Shown: positions 48,061 to 62,150 of the stretch, one piece after another | Layout: each line of letters begins with the position of its first letter | How positions within the stretch are numbered: position 1 is the stretch's first letter | The notes under the pieces: model-generated | Database searches by the model: none | The model's input: only the letters and a program-made list of their open reading frames with translations | Told to the model about the DNA's origin: nothing | Translations under genes and position numbers: made by a program | Origin: Squalus acanthias | Lineage: Eukaryota | Direction of reading: 5' to 3' | DNA: 64,000 nt | Assembly: GCA_030390025.1 (NCBI GenBank) | Contig: CM059435.1 | Span: forward strand, 78,492,001-78,556,000

Positions 48061-48524
48061 AAAAGAAAGGACTTGCATTTTTATAGCACCTTTCACAACC
48101 TCAGGATGTCGCATAGAGTTTCACAGCCAATGAAGTACTTTTGAAGTGTAGTCACTGTTGTAATGTAGGGAAAACACGGAGCCAATTTGCACACAGCAAG
48201 GTCCCACAACCAGCCATGAGATAAATAACAAATTAAACTGTCTCAGTGATGTTGGTTGAGGGATAAATGTTGACCAGGACACCAGATGAACTTCCCTGCA
48301 CTTCTTCAAATAGTTCCATGCGATATTTTACATCCACCTGAGAGGGCAGAGGTGATTTGGGTTTAACGTCTCATCCAAAATATGGCACTTCAGACAATTC
48401 AGCATTCCCTCAATACTGCACTGGAGTGTCAGCCGAGATTATGTGCTGAAGTCTGGAGTGGGGCTTGAACCCACAACCTTCTGGGTCAGAAGCAAGGGTG
48501 CTACCAATGAGCCAAAGCTGACAC
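48061..48524 (-). mobile_element. full-length tRNA-derived DeuSINE (SacSINE1-like)
   Basis: Minus strand: A box tggctcattgg, B box ggttcaagccc, Deu-like core, L2-like 3' tail. Confidence 0.85.
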
Positions 48525-50469
48525 CTTGGTTAACTGAAAGGTTGGTGATTGCTAACATGATCAATAACCACAACTTCCTTACCTCACATGCTCAAAGAAC
48601 ATGACCACACCCAGAAACAGTAGCATTGCCAAACTTGACAACATTTTAAAAACTCCAGTTTATTTTATAAACAATAGACAGGAAAATAATTTAAAGGCTG
48701 TAATGTAATTGAGAGATTCAGATAATGTTTGTGCATGACTTGAGCCTTGCCCCTTGATTTCACTGTTGCATTGTATCAGCCCCTCCGATTGATCTGGCAT
48801 CCTAGCTAGAACCTCAACGGGACAAACTACTCAGATTTTGTGAAACTGTGATAGGTGACTTGATTACCCCAGGATAGCCACAGGTCTATCTATCAAACGA
48901 TTAGGGCAAACAATATAGTGCAAAGTAACATGCCGTGACAAATCCCACAAATTTCTGCACTTACCACATGTAGCAGTTTCCTGCCTTAGTACCACAATTT
49001 TGCTTAAAAAGTCCCGGAGTCATCAAAAGCATTGCTTTCTGAATAGATTTGCATGATAACAAAGCATTTGTCCTATCAATGATTAAATGAACTGAATGTT
49101 CAGGGTCATTAAACCATAGGGATCCTCAATATACATACAGTATATTATTATTTTTTATAAAGAGCTAGAACCTTCTGGTAAAATCACTGTGCTGCCATCT
49201 TAATAAAGGCCAGTGAACACCCTAGTGTGACAGAGCAGGTCGGGTTCCTAAAACTGAAAAGATTTTTTTTTTAATTAAATACCCTAATAATGGCTCTATT
49301 CTCAGTATACATTCAAAGGTTAAAGTAAAAGTACATTTGTTTCAAATGTATTTTTGTTGGTCTCACAATATCCAAAGATAATATTCCTTCCATAACATTT
49401 TCCAATTTCTAAGTTATATTATTGATTTTTTTTTTAAGCAGACTGACGTGCTGTGACAGTTCCAGGTACAGTGGACTGTGGTTAGCCTTGTAATCTACAT
49501 TACAGAATCTGTGTGCATCAAACCATTGAACAAAACTATGGTGCAAGCTAGCAATTGACTTCACAACAGATTTTTTCACCCCAAACAATATGGAAAATTC
49601 CCTGCTGCTAAAATAAAGGCCAAAAATACAGAACAGTTCATGCTTTGTTATCACAATAATATCACTGAACTCACTGGGCAGAACAGGGTCTGAACATCAA
49701 GTCACGAGAGTGTGTACTCTGGTCACTCTGGCTATCTTGACGGCAAGTCTACTGACCAATCATTGGGCACTTCTTGGCATTAATCATTTACTCAAATTGC
49801 CACAACCCAGTGTTAGTTATGCAAAAAATGATCATGTTCACACGATCTCTACATTTTTTCATCAGTCTGGCGACTGGGAGCAAAGCATTTAAATCAGAGA
49901 GGGAGGGAGGAAAGGGAGTTATAATCTTAATGCACAAGCAGCAGCAATAAACTGTCTTAACATTTTGCGCCAATCATCAAACACCAGGCAATTTGAACCG
50001 GTCTGCACTTTCTTTCATTTTATTACATTTTTTAAATTTGAGAAATGTTTTTTTGACTATTTCAATAGACTAAATTCAAGTTTTCATGTTGCTGATGTAA
50101 AACATTGAAAATATTCATCAGTAAATTTGATCACTTTAGTTTCTGTTTAAAGCCATTGAGAGGTCCATGGTAAAAAAAATCTTTGGCACTGTGCACCCCT
50201 ACATAAGGTCTCCCTAAGATATAGTGCATCTAGATGACAAGTATGACTCATTACCTGGGGTGGCAGCTGTCCTTCAACAGGTGTCCAGGCTCATCTTTCA
50301 ATGATCTTCTAATACTTGAAATCTTCTGTACTTTGAATACTCATTTTTCTTTGACCTTAAAAAAAACAAAAGAAAGTTTTGAAATCTCACCAATGTATAG
50401 AAGACATCACCAAGTAACCGGCAGCAGTCTGTTCATTTGGTGAAAGTCAAGTAGTTGAATTTCTCTCTT

Positions 50470-51940
50470 GTTTCTTCACAACCACAACTGGATGCAGTAT
50501 TCAAGGTGTGGTCTGACTAGAGCCCTAAAACGTTTGATCATTAACTCCTCTTTCTTGTATTCTACTGTTTTGGCTATGTAGTTCAACATCCTATTGGTTT
50601 TGTTGATTACTACCCTCCATTGCTTGGACATATTTAGAGTCAACTCTAAGACTCCTAAGTCTCTTTCAGCTTCATCCTTAGCTATTTCAACATTACTAGG
50701 AAGTACATGTATCATCCATTTTCTTCACATCTGTAGCACTCGACACTTGTCTACATTAAATTTCATCTGCTATTGTTCTGCCCACTTTCAGATCTTGTAA
50801 AACTCATTCTGTAATTTCTGAGCTGCCTCCTCCAGTTCCACTGCCCCTCCTAGTTTGGTATCATCTGCAAATCTGACCACTTTATATATTTTTTTGAATC
50901 TAGGTCAATTTTGCAAATTAGAAATGTAGTAGTCGCAACACTGAGTCCTGCGATACACCAATCTGTACTTCCCCCCACTTTGACATAACTTCTCTAATGA
51001 GTATTTGCTGTTTCCTTCACTTCAGCCAGTTTCTTATCCATTCCCAAGGTTTACCCTAAATCCCCATAGCTTTGAGTTTAATTAATAGCCTTTCAAGTGG
51101 AGCATTATCAAAAGCCTTTTGGAAGACAAGGTGCACCATGCCTTGGGACTTTCCACAGTCCACTTAGGTTGTCACTTCCTCAAAGTTGTTGAGAAGGTTG
51201 ATCAGACAGGACCTTCCCCTGCTGATTCTACAGTCACCTCTGTTAGCTAGGTTACTGTTGTAGAGATAATTCTCAAGTTTACTCCTGATAACTGATTCCA
51301 TACTTTTACATGAAAAAGACTAATGGGGCTATATTTTCCTCTGTCTGTTTTGTCACCCTTTATGAATATGGGCATCACATTAGCCTGTTTCTATTCTATT
51401 AATACCGCCTTCCAGTGTCCACTGCGTCCCTTATAATGACTGTCTGTGCCTCACAGATCTCCTTTCTAGTTTCTCTCAGCACTCCGATAAATACCATCCA
51501 TAAATCTCGGGATTTATTTGTTTTAAGCACCTATCAAGGACTTCTGTCTCATATATAATGAAGTCATTGGTCAAAATCTTCAACTTCAGCGGGGGACTAA
51601 AACGGGTGGTAGTGGATCGGCTGCTCATTATATACCCCACCCAATTTTCCTTTCTGTCGATATCAATGGAAAGGAAAATCGGGCGGAGTGAATAACAGGC
51701 AGCCGATTCGCTAATGCCAACTATATGTCCCTGCCAAAGTTGAACGTTTTGCCCATTGTTTGTATTTGGGATATCTTTGAGGAGGGCAGGTTGCTCACAT
51801 CTTCCCTTGCTGAACACTTGAAAGAAATATTCATTCCAAATTTTTACTAGTTTGTGCTCATCCTCAATTTCAAGCCAGTTAGCATCTTTTTAATTGTTGT
51901 CCTGTTTTGCTTGTTCCAGACAGCCTGAAACACATTTTTA
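50470..51940 (-). mobile_element. degraded CR1 LINE RT region, interrupted by a MITE
   Basis: ERDLGVL, LVRPHLEYCIQLW, FADDTKLGG and FQKAFD motifs on the minus strand. Confidence 0.85.
51569..51754. mobile_element. palindromic Harbinger-type MITE (186 bp), TSD att
   Basis: TIRs ggtcaaaatcttcaactt / aagttgaacgttttgccc; the whole element is an imperfect hairpin; att on both flanks. Confidence 0.85.
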
Positions 51941-53271
51941 CAAACTCTGCTGCTGTTAAAAGTGCTATTTCATGTGTAATCTTACATAACAGCTTTACCC
52001 AATGAAATTACCTGCTGTAGTCACAAAACACAATAAACTAGAGCTGTGATAAAGATCGAGTAAAGCAGCAATGATGCAGCACTTCTAGATGCAAATGCTC
52101 TGTTTTCAGAAGATGCTCCTTATCGAAGACCAAAAACTAGAAGACCTTTCTCAATGGTCCGTGGCTACTCTCTCCCTCCCCCACCATGGAAATCGGGCAG
52201 ACCTATCGAACACAAACTCTATAATCACAGAAGTGATATCGAACAAATATTTAGGCTAATTGAAAAAAAAATTCAACAATCTACTTAAATAGGAGCTCAG
52301 TTTTTCTTGGTGAGCAAAAGTTGATTTGGAATAAGCTGAGCACAATTATTAAATGTGTGAATCCATTTTCTTGCAATAATCTCAAGTTATGGATGTCTCG
52401 CTGTGTGTTTCCTCTGCTATCATCCAGCCAAATAGTTAAAGTATTAAGGACAGGGAGCAAAGCTGTGCAAAGCAGACCACTCCTGTGCTTCCTCTGCTCA
52501 CTCCCACCAAATGTACAACGTGGCATTTTCAGTCCATTCAACAATGTGCTGTTAACACAGTATTCTTCGTTTCCATTAACACTGTCAGGGTTTTTATAGA
52601 AGTGGTAAGGTTCTTTTGCTGTTGTAAAGTTAGCATTATTGTCTATTATGACTATTGGATAGTGTGAATGGATAGCAAAGATGTTACCCAGTGGTCCAAG
52701 CTAATTTGCTGGTCCTCGGGAAGTTAACTACATCAATCTCTTTTTATTGATAAAGAAAAACTTTAAAACACGTATTTCTTGATTTTTATTTCCCTATGTT
52801 CTCTAGAAAGTAGCTATCATTGTTCTTTCCAGCTTAATTACACATAGTGGATCAGTTTCCTGGCGCTGAATTTAGTATAATATATGTTGTCTGGTGAGTA
52901 ACCCAGTGAGCTACAATGTAAAACATAGAGGACACTAGCTGTCTTGGCAATGATTTTAAACTATATTCTTGCAGGAATCAATAGATGGCCTTCGAGTCCT
53001 TCCATCAACAGCTCTGTACTGCCCTCCATCCCGTCACGTGAATATAGCATACTTCAAAGAGGCTGGCCTGACCCACCACAGTAGGACAAAAGGAATGTTC
53101 ATAACAGCTTTTATTTTTGAAGTGCAGTTGTGAAAAAATGCAAGAAATGTATTTTATATTCAGGCAGTAATAATTAAAATAAAAAATTTACATTTGCTGT
53201 GAAAAAGACACTTAAAAGTTGATCTGACTACTAGTTCTTAAAAAGAAGTTTTAAGGCTATGCACTAACTAA

Positions 53272-53522
53272 CTTCAAAGAAGAGCAGGGGAGTTATCCCC
53301 GTGTCCTGGCCAATATTTATCCCTCAATCAACATAACAAAAACAGATTATCTGGTCAATATCACATTGCTGTTTGTGGGAGCTTGCTGTGCACAAATTGG
53401 CTGCCCCGTTTCCCACATTACAACAGTGACTACACTCCAAAAGTACTTCATTGGCTGTAAAGCGCTTTGAGACGTCCGGTGGTCGTGAAAGGCGCTATAT
53501 AAATGCAAGTCTTTCTTTCTTT
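53272..53522 (+). mobile_element. DeuSINE 3' half (well preserved)
   Basis: Homologous to the 3' half of the 48061-48524 copy; ends ggcgctatataaatgcaagtctttcttt. Confidence 0.88.
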
Positions 53523-55496
53523 AACTGTTCAACTAGGGGTGTCACCACTCTACAAATTCCGGGTGTGAAGTTTTCAAGCCTGAGTTATTGCCTTATGGAA
53601 AAAGTATAAACATGGCTTAAAATGGCAAGCTGCACCACTCACATGGGGACAGCAAAATGATATCAGTATATTCCTCTTTTCTCTCATTCCCTTGGTCTCC
53701 CTTTTTCTGTATCTATCTCTTTACCACTCCTCTGGCTGTGGGAATTGCAAATGTTTACCTTGCTTTCCCTCACTGGAGAATCAAAGCACGAGAAGAGCAT
53801 CAATATGGTGCTATTACAGTATCCAAAGCAATAGTGAAAGCCCCCTCTTAAAATAATATGCCTTTAACAAGAGAAGCCAAGAGAAGTGCTTGGAATTTTA
53901 GGCACATGCAGGTGTTAAATCAGGATCCTTAGGGAGGGAAATCTAGATCTCACAGATAAGGTTCATGCCGATAGGCCTGGACTAACTCGAAAACAGCATG
54001 GCACTCAACCACAACACACCAAACAAAACAGTAATCAGGCTCACCCATCTTATATTAAAATTGCAATACATAACAGGTGCCCTAAATCTGGGAAACAACA
54101 AATGGCTAGGCATACAGCGCCAGTCTAGTAACACAATTGAAGGATCCTGGTGATACCGTAAGCTTCCAAAAGTCACTAGGGAGGTTTCTATTGGAGGTTG
54201 TCTGCACATTCCCGACCATTAATGTATAATGTAGTGTTATAATTGTAAATCACACATTATTATTCAGTGCAACACTCCCTCCTCTCGACTGTCACCATCA
54301 TAGTAGCCATGGCCTAGCATCATATTATCTTGCTTCAAAACCTTCCTGTCACAAGAAATGAAGCTGCACCACAAAAACTAACGACAGTGAGGGACAATAT
54401 GAGCTCCGTTTACAAAACCTAAATAACAAGTCGGAAATAGTAATCTGTACCTCTTATGGTTGGGAACAGAAGGACAGCCAACGTTCATGGAACTGTACCC
54501 CAGTAAGAATTATCTTCAGAAGAACAGGAGGAAGAAAAATGAAAAATACTAATAATAAGCAGTTTAAAGTCTATTTATCATCTGAGAGTACAAGCATTTA
54601 TATTATGCAGTGTAATTGTAATACATTATGCACTCTATAAGTACACTATGTAAATACAATAAATACAGCATCCAGGATAATCTAAACGCACTGTATAATG
54701 TTAATACAAGTCACACTACAATATTCAATGATAGAAATCTATATACAATGTTTAGTATAGTGTACAATGTATAACATGGTGCATTAGAGTATACTTGCAC
54801 TTTATAATATCAACGTTCTATTATATAAATACAGTATACCCTGTGTAACACAAAACTATGAACCAGTCTTGGGCGCAGTTAACATTATAAACTCACCATT
54901 CAAATTTTCCCGAGGTCGCATTAAGCTTTGTATTTGCCTCTCAGGTATCTTTATTCCTTTTGTATTTTTCTAGGGTGGGGATGGGGGATGCAGGAGGAGG
55001 CCAGAAGAGTTAAAATTACAACAGCAAACTGAAAAATATTCTGTAAGATCTTTCAGAATTTGTTTTCTTCTATTTTATTTAAATAAAAAAACACTCGTGC
55101 AATTTATCAGAATATCTGAAATTACTCTTTCTTTTTGAAAGAAAATGTCGTTTAGTATTTCACATCTGTAGAGAAATTCCTAAACCTTATAGGACTGCAA
55201 AACTATTTTATTTAAGTATAAAATGATGTAGCGATGGTGCAAAACATTGAATGCTATTTGTACAATAAACAGAAAACTTAATTTTGGGCAAAAATAATAA
55301 GATGAGCATTAACAAGTAATGTTCCATTAATAGAAATAAATACATTTTTTTTTAAGTGCTTATGTATACGAATTTATTTACTGTCAGTTCAAATTATAAA
55401 TCTCAGTGGTTTCCTATAAAAATCCCATGCAACATGGCATAGCCACTTGTTGCAGCACCACAGTAAAAATGCCATTTTTAAAATTATTGATTGAGC

Positions 55497-55640
55497 AACA
55501 ACAATAACTTGCATTTATTCAGTGTCTTTAGTGTAAAGAAACATCTGAAGGCACTTCACAAATAGGCACAAGGAAAATGTATGCCATGCCAAGAAGGGAG
55601 ACTGAAGCCAGGTCAAAGTGATGGGTTAAAAGGAATACTA
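55497..55640 (-). mobile_element. degraded L2 3' end
   Basis: aacaacaataacttgcatttat start, similar to the 45453 copy. Confidence 0.6.
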
Positions 55641-55653
55641 GCAGACACACAGC

Positions 55654-55809
55654 GGGTAATTTTAACCTAAATCGACCGGCGGGAAACTGATGGGATCAAA
55701 TCGGCTGTACGTTTTACACCCAGTCCGACATTGCTTTCTATTGACTGTAAAGAGACAACTGATCCGATCCTGTTAGTTTCCTACCAGACAGGATATATTA
55801 AAATTACCC
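55654..55809. mobile_element. palindromic MITE
   Basis: Perfect 12-bp TIRs gggtaattttaa / ttaaaattaccc with internal symmetry. Confidence 0.75.
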
Positions 55810-56739
55810 CCACATTATGATTTCAATTATACATTGAACTAACCAAAAAGTTAAAACTTTATTAGAATCTGAATCACAACACAGAGGAGTCTGCATTAAG
55901 AAATGCCAAACTTAGGAAAATGTAAATTACTATTGTCTGCTGCATCTCACAGGAACAAACAAATTATTGAGAAGAAATTGACTGAAAATGCAGAGACTTA
56001 TTGTCATATGTGGTTTTAAAATGACAAAATTATAAACTTTGAATTTCTGCGGGGCTTCTTCCGATCTCCTGCCATAACTTTAACTTCAGATGTGGAAATC
56101 CCAGAGAAAGAGCCATTTTTCTAGGGTTTCCACCGAAGTTATGGTGGAAGATCTGCAGAGTTTCTACCCCATAATGTTTATACATTGAGATGAAATTGCT
56201 CCTTTAACTGAGGTAGCATCCACTCAGCAAGGTTTCAGTACATGTCTCAACGTTAGCTGAGAGACACGTTGCAAAATGAGTGCTCAAACTAACTAATGGC
56301 TACCGTGTAGATTTTCAAAAGCTGTAAATACAATTAACAGCTTCCAAAGAAAAGCCCTTGAAACTTCCCTTTGGGTACTTTGAATCTATAACTTTTTGTT
56401 GATATTTAAAAATATATATTTTCAGGGAACCAAAATAATAAAATTTTGGTCTGAAAAATAAAAATTGAGTTTAACCACCAATCAATTCCAACTTCCCCCC
56501 TAAAAAATATTTTTTTAGACCCTTATTTGCCTCAAGTAATGGAAGGTGCGCTATCTTTATTGGAAAATGGTTGACAAATAAACTGTGACATCTTCCGGCA
56601 ATATGCACCAAAACACTGTCACCATTTTGCAAAGATATTATCACACTTCTTCAATATGATGTCTTGGAAAATAAGGCATGTGGCTGATTCGGCCTCTCCA
56701 AGGTAAAGACAGTGCCTCTTAAACACTTCAGACAAAGAG

Positions 56740-56888
56740 AGGTAAATTTTTACTTTCATCGGCGGGTGGTAGTGGATTGGCCGCCTGTAATGTATTCCGC
56801 CCAATTTGCCTTTCTAGCAGAGTCCATAACAGACGGCCAATCCACTACTGCCTGTTTTCCGCCCAGTGATGAAAGTTAAAATCTACCT
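56740..56888. mobile_element. palindromic MITE related to 51569-51754
   Basis: 21-bp TIRs with 2 mismatches; shares gggtggtagtggat with the 51569 element. Confidence 0.8.
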
Positions 56889-57025
56889 TTTTGTTAGCAT
56901 GATTCGAATTTGATAATTTGAACACAGCAACGTTGAATTAACAAGATGTAGAGAGAGAAATAATGTAGCTATATAGAAAAAAATGTTATATTCAGAAATG
57001 CTCTCTCTTTTTCTTTATATTTATT

Positions 57026-57472
57026 TGTCAGCTTGGCTCTGTTGGTAGCACATCAATTCTGAGTCAGCATTTTGTGGGTTCAAGCCCCACTCCAAGATTG
57101 AGGACGTAATCTAGGCTAACAGCTCAATGCAGTCATCAGGGAGTGCTGTCAAAAGTTCCATCTTTCAGATGAGAGGTTAAACTGAGGCCCTGTCTGTCTG
57201 TTCAGGTGGACGTTAAAAGATCCATGCCACATATCAAAGAACAGCAGGGTGTTCAGCTACTGTCCTGGACAACATTTTCCCCTCAACCAACATCGCTAAA
57301 AACATATTAAGTAGTAATTTATCCAATTTGCTGTTTGTGAGACCTTATTGTGTGCAAATTGGCTGCTGCATTTACCAAAATTACAAAAGTGACTGCACCT
57401 GAAATGAAATTAATTGGATGTGCAACATTTTGAGGATGTGATGACGTACTATGTAAATGTAAATTCTTTTTT
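57026..57472 (+). mobile_element. full-length DeuSINE (diverged)
   Basis: A box tggctctgttgg, B box ggttcaagccc, Deu-like core and 3' tail. Confidence 0.82.
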
Positions 57473-60400
57473 TCTATATATATCCATGCACACACACGAC
57501 TTGTCTCTTTTACGTCCACTGCTCTAAATAGGCAAATCCAGAAAATTATAATTAGTTGTAAATTTCAGCCTCTACGTCAATGACTGACTTTCTTTATTTG
57601 AAAGAGCACATTTGTAAAGTTTTTTGAAAAAATAAGTTATAATAATCGGTGTATCGAGGAACTATATACATATATACACAAAAAATGTATCCATATAAAA
57701 AATTCTGTTTCCCGCTCACTTTAACAAAGGTTTCCAAGTATCCCAGAAACAAAATCTACTTTTTCCCTCACATTCTTACCCTGTATCCTGATTCTAGATT
57801 CAAATGTTGGCTCACAACTCAACTTAAGACATTCTGGCTATTTCTGGATGAATAAAACTGAGAAAAATAGACTTTCAGAATGTCTGATTTAATTTCCTTC
57901 ATATAGATTTACAAATGAACATACTAAAATTAGTTACTGTTGCACAAGTACAGCAGAATTATACAGCAGGCACTGGCAAGGAAAATGCAAGCATTTGTCC
58001 GTTACATTTCAGCCCCTGTTTGAGAGTTTGGGCATCTAACTAACTATGAATTGCATCTTTTACAAAAACAAATTAGCTACTCACCCCCGCCCCCTCACAA
58101 AAACAAATGACATCTTTGTAGCGCATTCAATCCCAAATTTCAGTAATAATGCGGCTCTTTGACTAGCTTGTATATCACGTGTTTGTCTGACAGATTGCAC
58201 AGTTTGTGTCCTCTTTCCCTATCCTGTCTCTGACCGTGTGCATTACACAATTCTTCTTGGTCAGTACGACGGGATGGTCCAGCCTGTTCATATCACTACA
58301 GGCTGTCAAATTGTCAATCGTTGATCCTTGGCCAAGGAGCAGAATCATGACTGATATTAAATATTTTAATTGAAAAAAATGCGAAAAAATATTTAGATAA
58401 TTGTTTTTACTTTAAGTTCCGTTTGATATCAACCTTTAAAGGGTTATTGAATTAGTTATAATCATCTAATTTCCATTTTGTTTCATTTGTTGAATGCAAC
58501 ATCAATCTGGCAATGGCTGGTTTATCTCCTGCACTTCACTGAAATGTTGCATTTCTTAATTTTACAAAATGAATGCTGGCATCAATTGAAAATTATTCAA
58601 CCCTCCCCCTCACCATCACTGTCGTAATTAAAATTAAAGTCTTAAAACCAAACTTCCCAACTGCAACCTCTCCGCCAAACAGATTCTCCTGCTGATAGTC
58701 TGCTTCTTTCTTTGAATATTAATCCATAACACATAGCGCACCATCACTATTGATCTCCACCAGTTGAACAAGGTGAGGTCTGCATTGCAACACAACAGTT
58801 ATTAACACGCTATAAAATGGGAAATTGAAGTGTTTTAGTTACATTTATTTAAATGGAAACTGATATTTCTACTCAAATCTTCTCAGCTCCGACTTTCAAT
58901 ACGTCATTCTCTTCTTTTAGAATTTTACATTTCTCTTACATTAATAGGGTGGTGCTATCCCGTTATGGGATGAGGAAAAAATCTCTTAAGTTATGTTGCC
59001 ACGGCAAGACACCTTGCGTGCTACTGCGACATATTTTCTCTGCCTCCTATTCCAATTTAAGACAATGGACCAAAATGGGAGATCTGACTGTACTGGAATA
59101 GCTTAGCAACAAGAACCATGGCATTTTTATTCCTCCTGTTAAGAATGAAGTGTCTTAACTACCCGCACTAAGCTCGAACAACATGTTTTGTGAAAAAAAG
59201 AAATCACCTCATGTTAATCCTGCAACAATTGTTCCTAGAAATACAAATAATTTTGTTGTTTCTTTTCTTTTTCGAATCAATGGTTTGGTTGGGTACGATC
59301 ACTGACGCCCTGTGACAGCAGACCATTGCTGTTTGAAACGAATTATCTGAAACGTGCGGCATAGGTTTCACTGTGAGACTTCTCCACATTCTGGATTGTC
59401 GGATCAGTCTCTTCATTTCTAAAATATAGTGTAAACAGCTCGTGCCCTGTGTGCAGTTTTAATACCAACTTGCATTTTGAATGAGTACATAGCCACAGAA
59501 AATAAGTGGCAGAAAAAGATAATTAAAAAATAGTAAATTGGATCAGGCGAAATTGGAAACTTGAGTTTTGAGAACAAGCAGAATACGGTGAGATAAATGC
59601 AGCATTTAAACGGATAGGGAAGTAGGCTGCTAAAGAAATCTACATTTTATATTCAAATGAGATAATGTCCATGACTATTTACTTAACTAAATAATTATTG
59701 CTAAAAATGATAAAATAGGACAAAATTTGGGAAACAAAATACTTTAACATCAGAGTATTTGAGTTTCCTGAACCAGCATAACATGGCTTTCTGTCACATA
59801 TTTGAGTCTATTTTGAGTGGATTAGTTTAATTTGCTGACCATCAGGAGTTTTCTATTAGCAGTAATGAATATGTGCTCTTAGTAAACCTGACATCAGCAT
59901 GCAAAGTAATTTTTTAATGAAAATATACAATGGTTTAATGTAGTGTAATTAAATAAATGAATGTAAAACAAAACAAGTACGATAGACACAGAGAGACAGA
60001 CGGGTAGACACATGCACACGTAGAAAGAACGTTCTTTGAACCTAGCTGACATAGATGCAATTACATTCAACTTTAAAAGAAACACACAAACACTAATCTT
60101 TTGTACAGACACTTTAAATATCAACAGCAATTTTTTTTAATTGATTTTACTCGTCTTGTGCTATCTTTCATTCAGCAGGAGAGATCTTGGTGTAAAAGGT
60201 ACATTTATAATGTGGGAGCTGCCATGTTTACTGCTGCACTCTACAGAATACTGACATCTGAGAAAGACAACATCTGTTTAGAGAATAGACCATGGCAATG
60301 GTTAAATAAGCACCAACACCTAAATTTTGTTCTCTCTTTCTTAAATGCTGAATATTAAGGATCAAACCCCATGCGGGAATAATCACTTAACTGAGAATAG

Positions 60401-62110
60401 TTTTTATTCTGACTGGAAGCATTCAGATCTTCAATTGGAATAAAGCACAGAAACAATCCTTGAGTCATATAAAGTTGATTGGAAATAACCATAAACAGGG
60501 CCATGCACCATTATAAGAAATGCCCCGACGCATGGAAACAATGGATGACTGCGGGGAAGTCAATACGAGGGAGCGAAACCAACCGCAAGGCACGGCTGAT
60601 CTGACCAACTCAATGCAGCTCCAACTCGGAAGGTTTAGATCGTTATTTTTGCTTTATAAGAAAGAATCACCACCAACAGATTTTAAGACATTAAAGATTT
60701 AAATTAAATATTATGTAATCAGCTAACTGGCACACACTATGGGATGGGTTAGACTGACAACGTGTCTCAGATGATCTCAATCATCCTTTTGTGTATCGAG
60801 ATCATTTAAAAAAAATTCAGTATGACGTGTTCTGAAACCAACATATGTAACTGAGGAAATTTTTACAGTATTTAAATATATTTTTCAATTTTTTTTCAAA
60901 AAAACATTATCCAATAGCTACAGGAAAAAAAGTTAAATGTAAACAGCACCTTGGAACAACAGATCCAGGAGCCGTACCGCAAGCTTTACCATCAGGAGAT
61001 TCGACTAGTACAGGGTTAATAAAAAGAGGAGGAAAAAACCCAAACGATTCAAACAAACACAAGGTTGTTTTACTACTCCGTCATATTCCAGTAATTTTAT
61101 GCTTTTCTCCAAGATAACTATTTCTAAAAGTTGGTGTTTTCCAAATACGTTCAACAGCAGAAAAGCAGAAAGAAAATGACGAAATAAAAAAGTTAATAAG
61201 TTGCTTGCAGATTTCCCCAATTCCCTAAAAAAAATGCAAACGGCAGAATTCCTTTATACAGTGTACGCGCCAAAACCGGACGACACAACACCAGGCATTC
61301 TCTAAAAGCTCATTCAATACAATCCATTCAAACAAAGCACAGAAATAGACCAACTTTACCACCTAAACAAAACCAAAAAATAACTGCAAGAAAAGGTCAA
61401 ATAGAGAGTGATAGGCAGCGATCTAATACGGGTTACTGGCATATGGCGATGATAAATTTGTGGAAACATCACAGCACACGAGGGGACTTACTGAAAAATA
61501 CTTTTAGGGAAATAAAGAAAGAACCCTGATTCCCCCTCCCTCTTTTAACCCCTGATATTTAAAACTCACTCAGTACCAAAGGAAAACATTTTAGTCCATA
61601 TTATTTATCGGAAGTTGAAAACAATCTCCAAAGCAAACGCAAAAAACAAACTGAATCTCTTATTTTCTCAGCTCTTTTAAGCTGCCCCATATCCCTGCGC
61701 CAGTAAAGGGTGGTAACCAACAGAGACACTGCATTATAACCCAGGAAGGAGGACTGGCACCAGTCCTAGAACATGTGCACTCTGAAATAAAAGAGTCAGG
61801 AAGTAAACCCTCGCTCATCAACTGAAACTTCACAGCAATAAACAATATTTTTTAAAAAGCAAAAAGAGGAAAAAAAATAGAAAGTCAACTGTGCTTGGAA
61901 AATGTTGGTAATAAGCAGGAAACCAAACACAGAGAAAGATGGAAATTACGGCAGTCACTGCCATCTTCAGAAAGTGAGACAGCAGCGATTTTCATAGACA
62001 CGGTTTGCAAATTAAAACTTCGTTGGCTATAAGCATATTAGTCCGAGAAGCTGAAAATACAGTCCATCATTACAGTACGTCATTCAAAGAGCAATGGACG
62101 AGAGACGCAG

Positions 62111-62114
<4 letters not shown>

Positions 62115-62147
<33 letters not shown>
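62115..62147. repeat. (AG)16 microsatellite
   Basis: Directly visible. Confidence 0.97.

Positions 62148-62150
<3 letters not shown>

Noticed and set aside
48440-48524. tRNA-like A/B boxes (also 57026-57090)
   Set aside because: They are SINE heads continuous with Deu-domain bodies, not tRNA genes.
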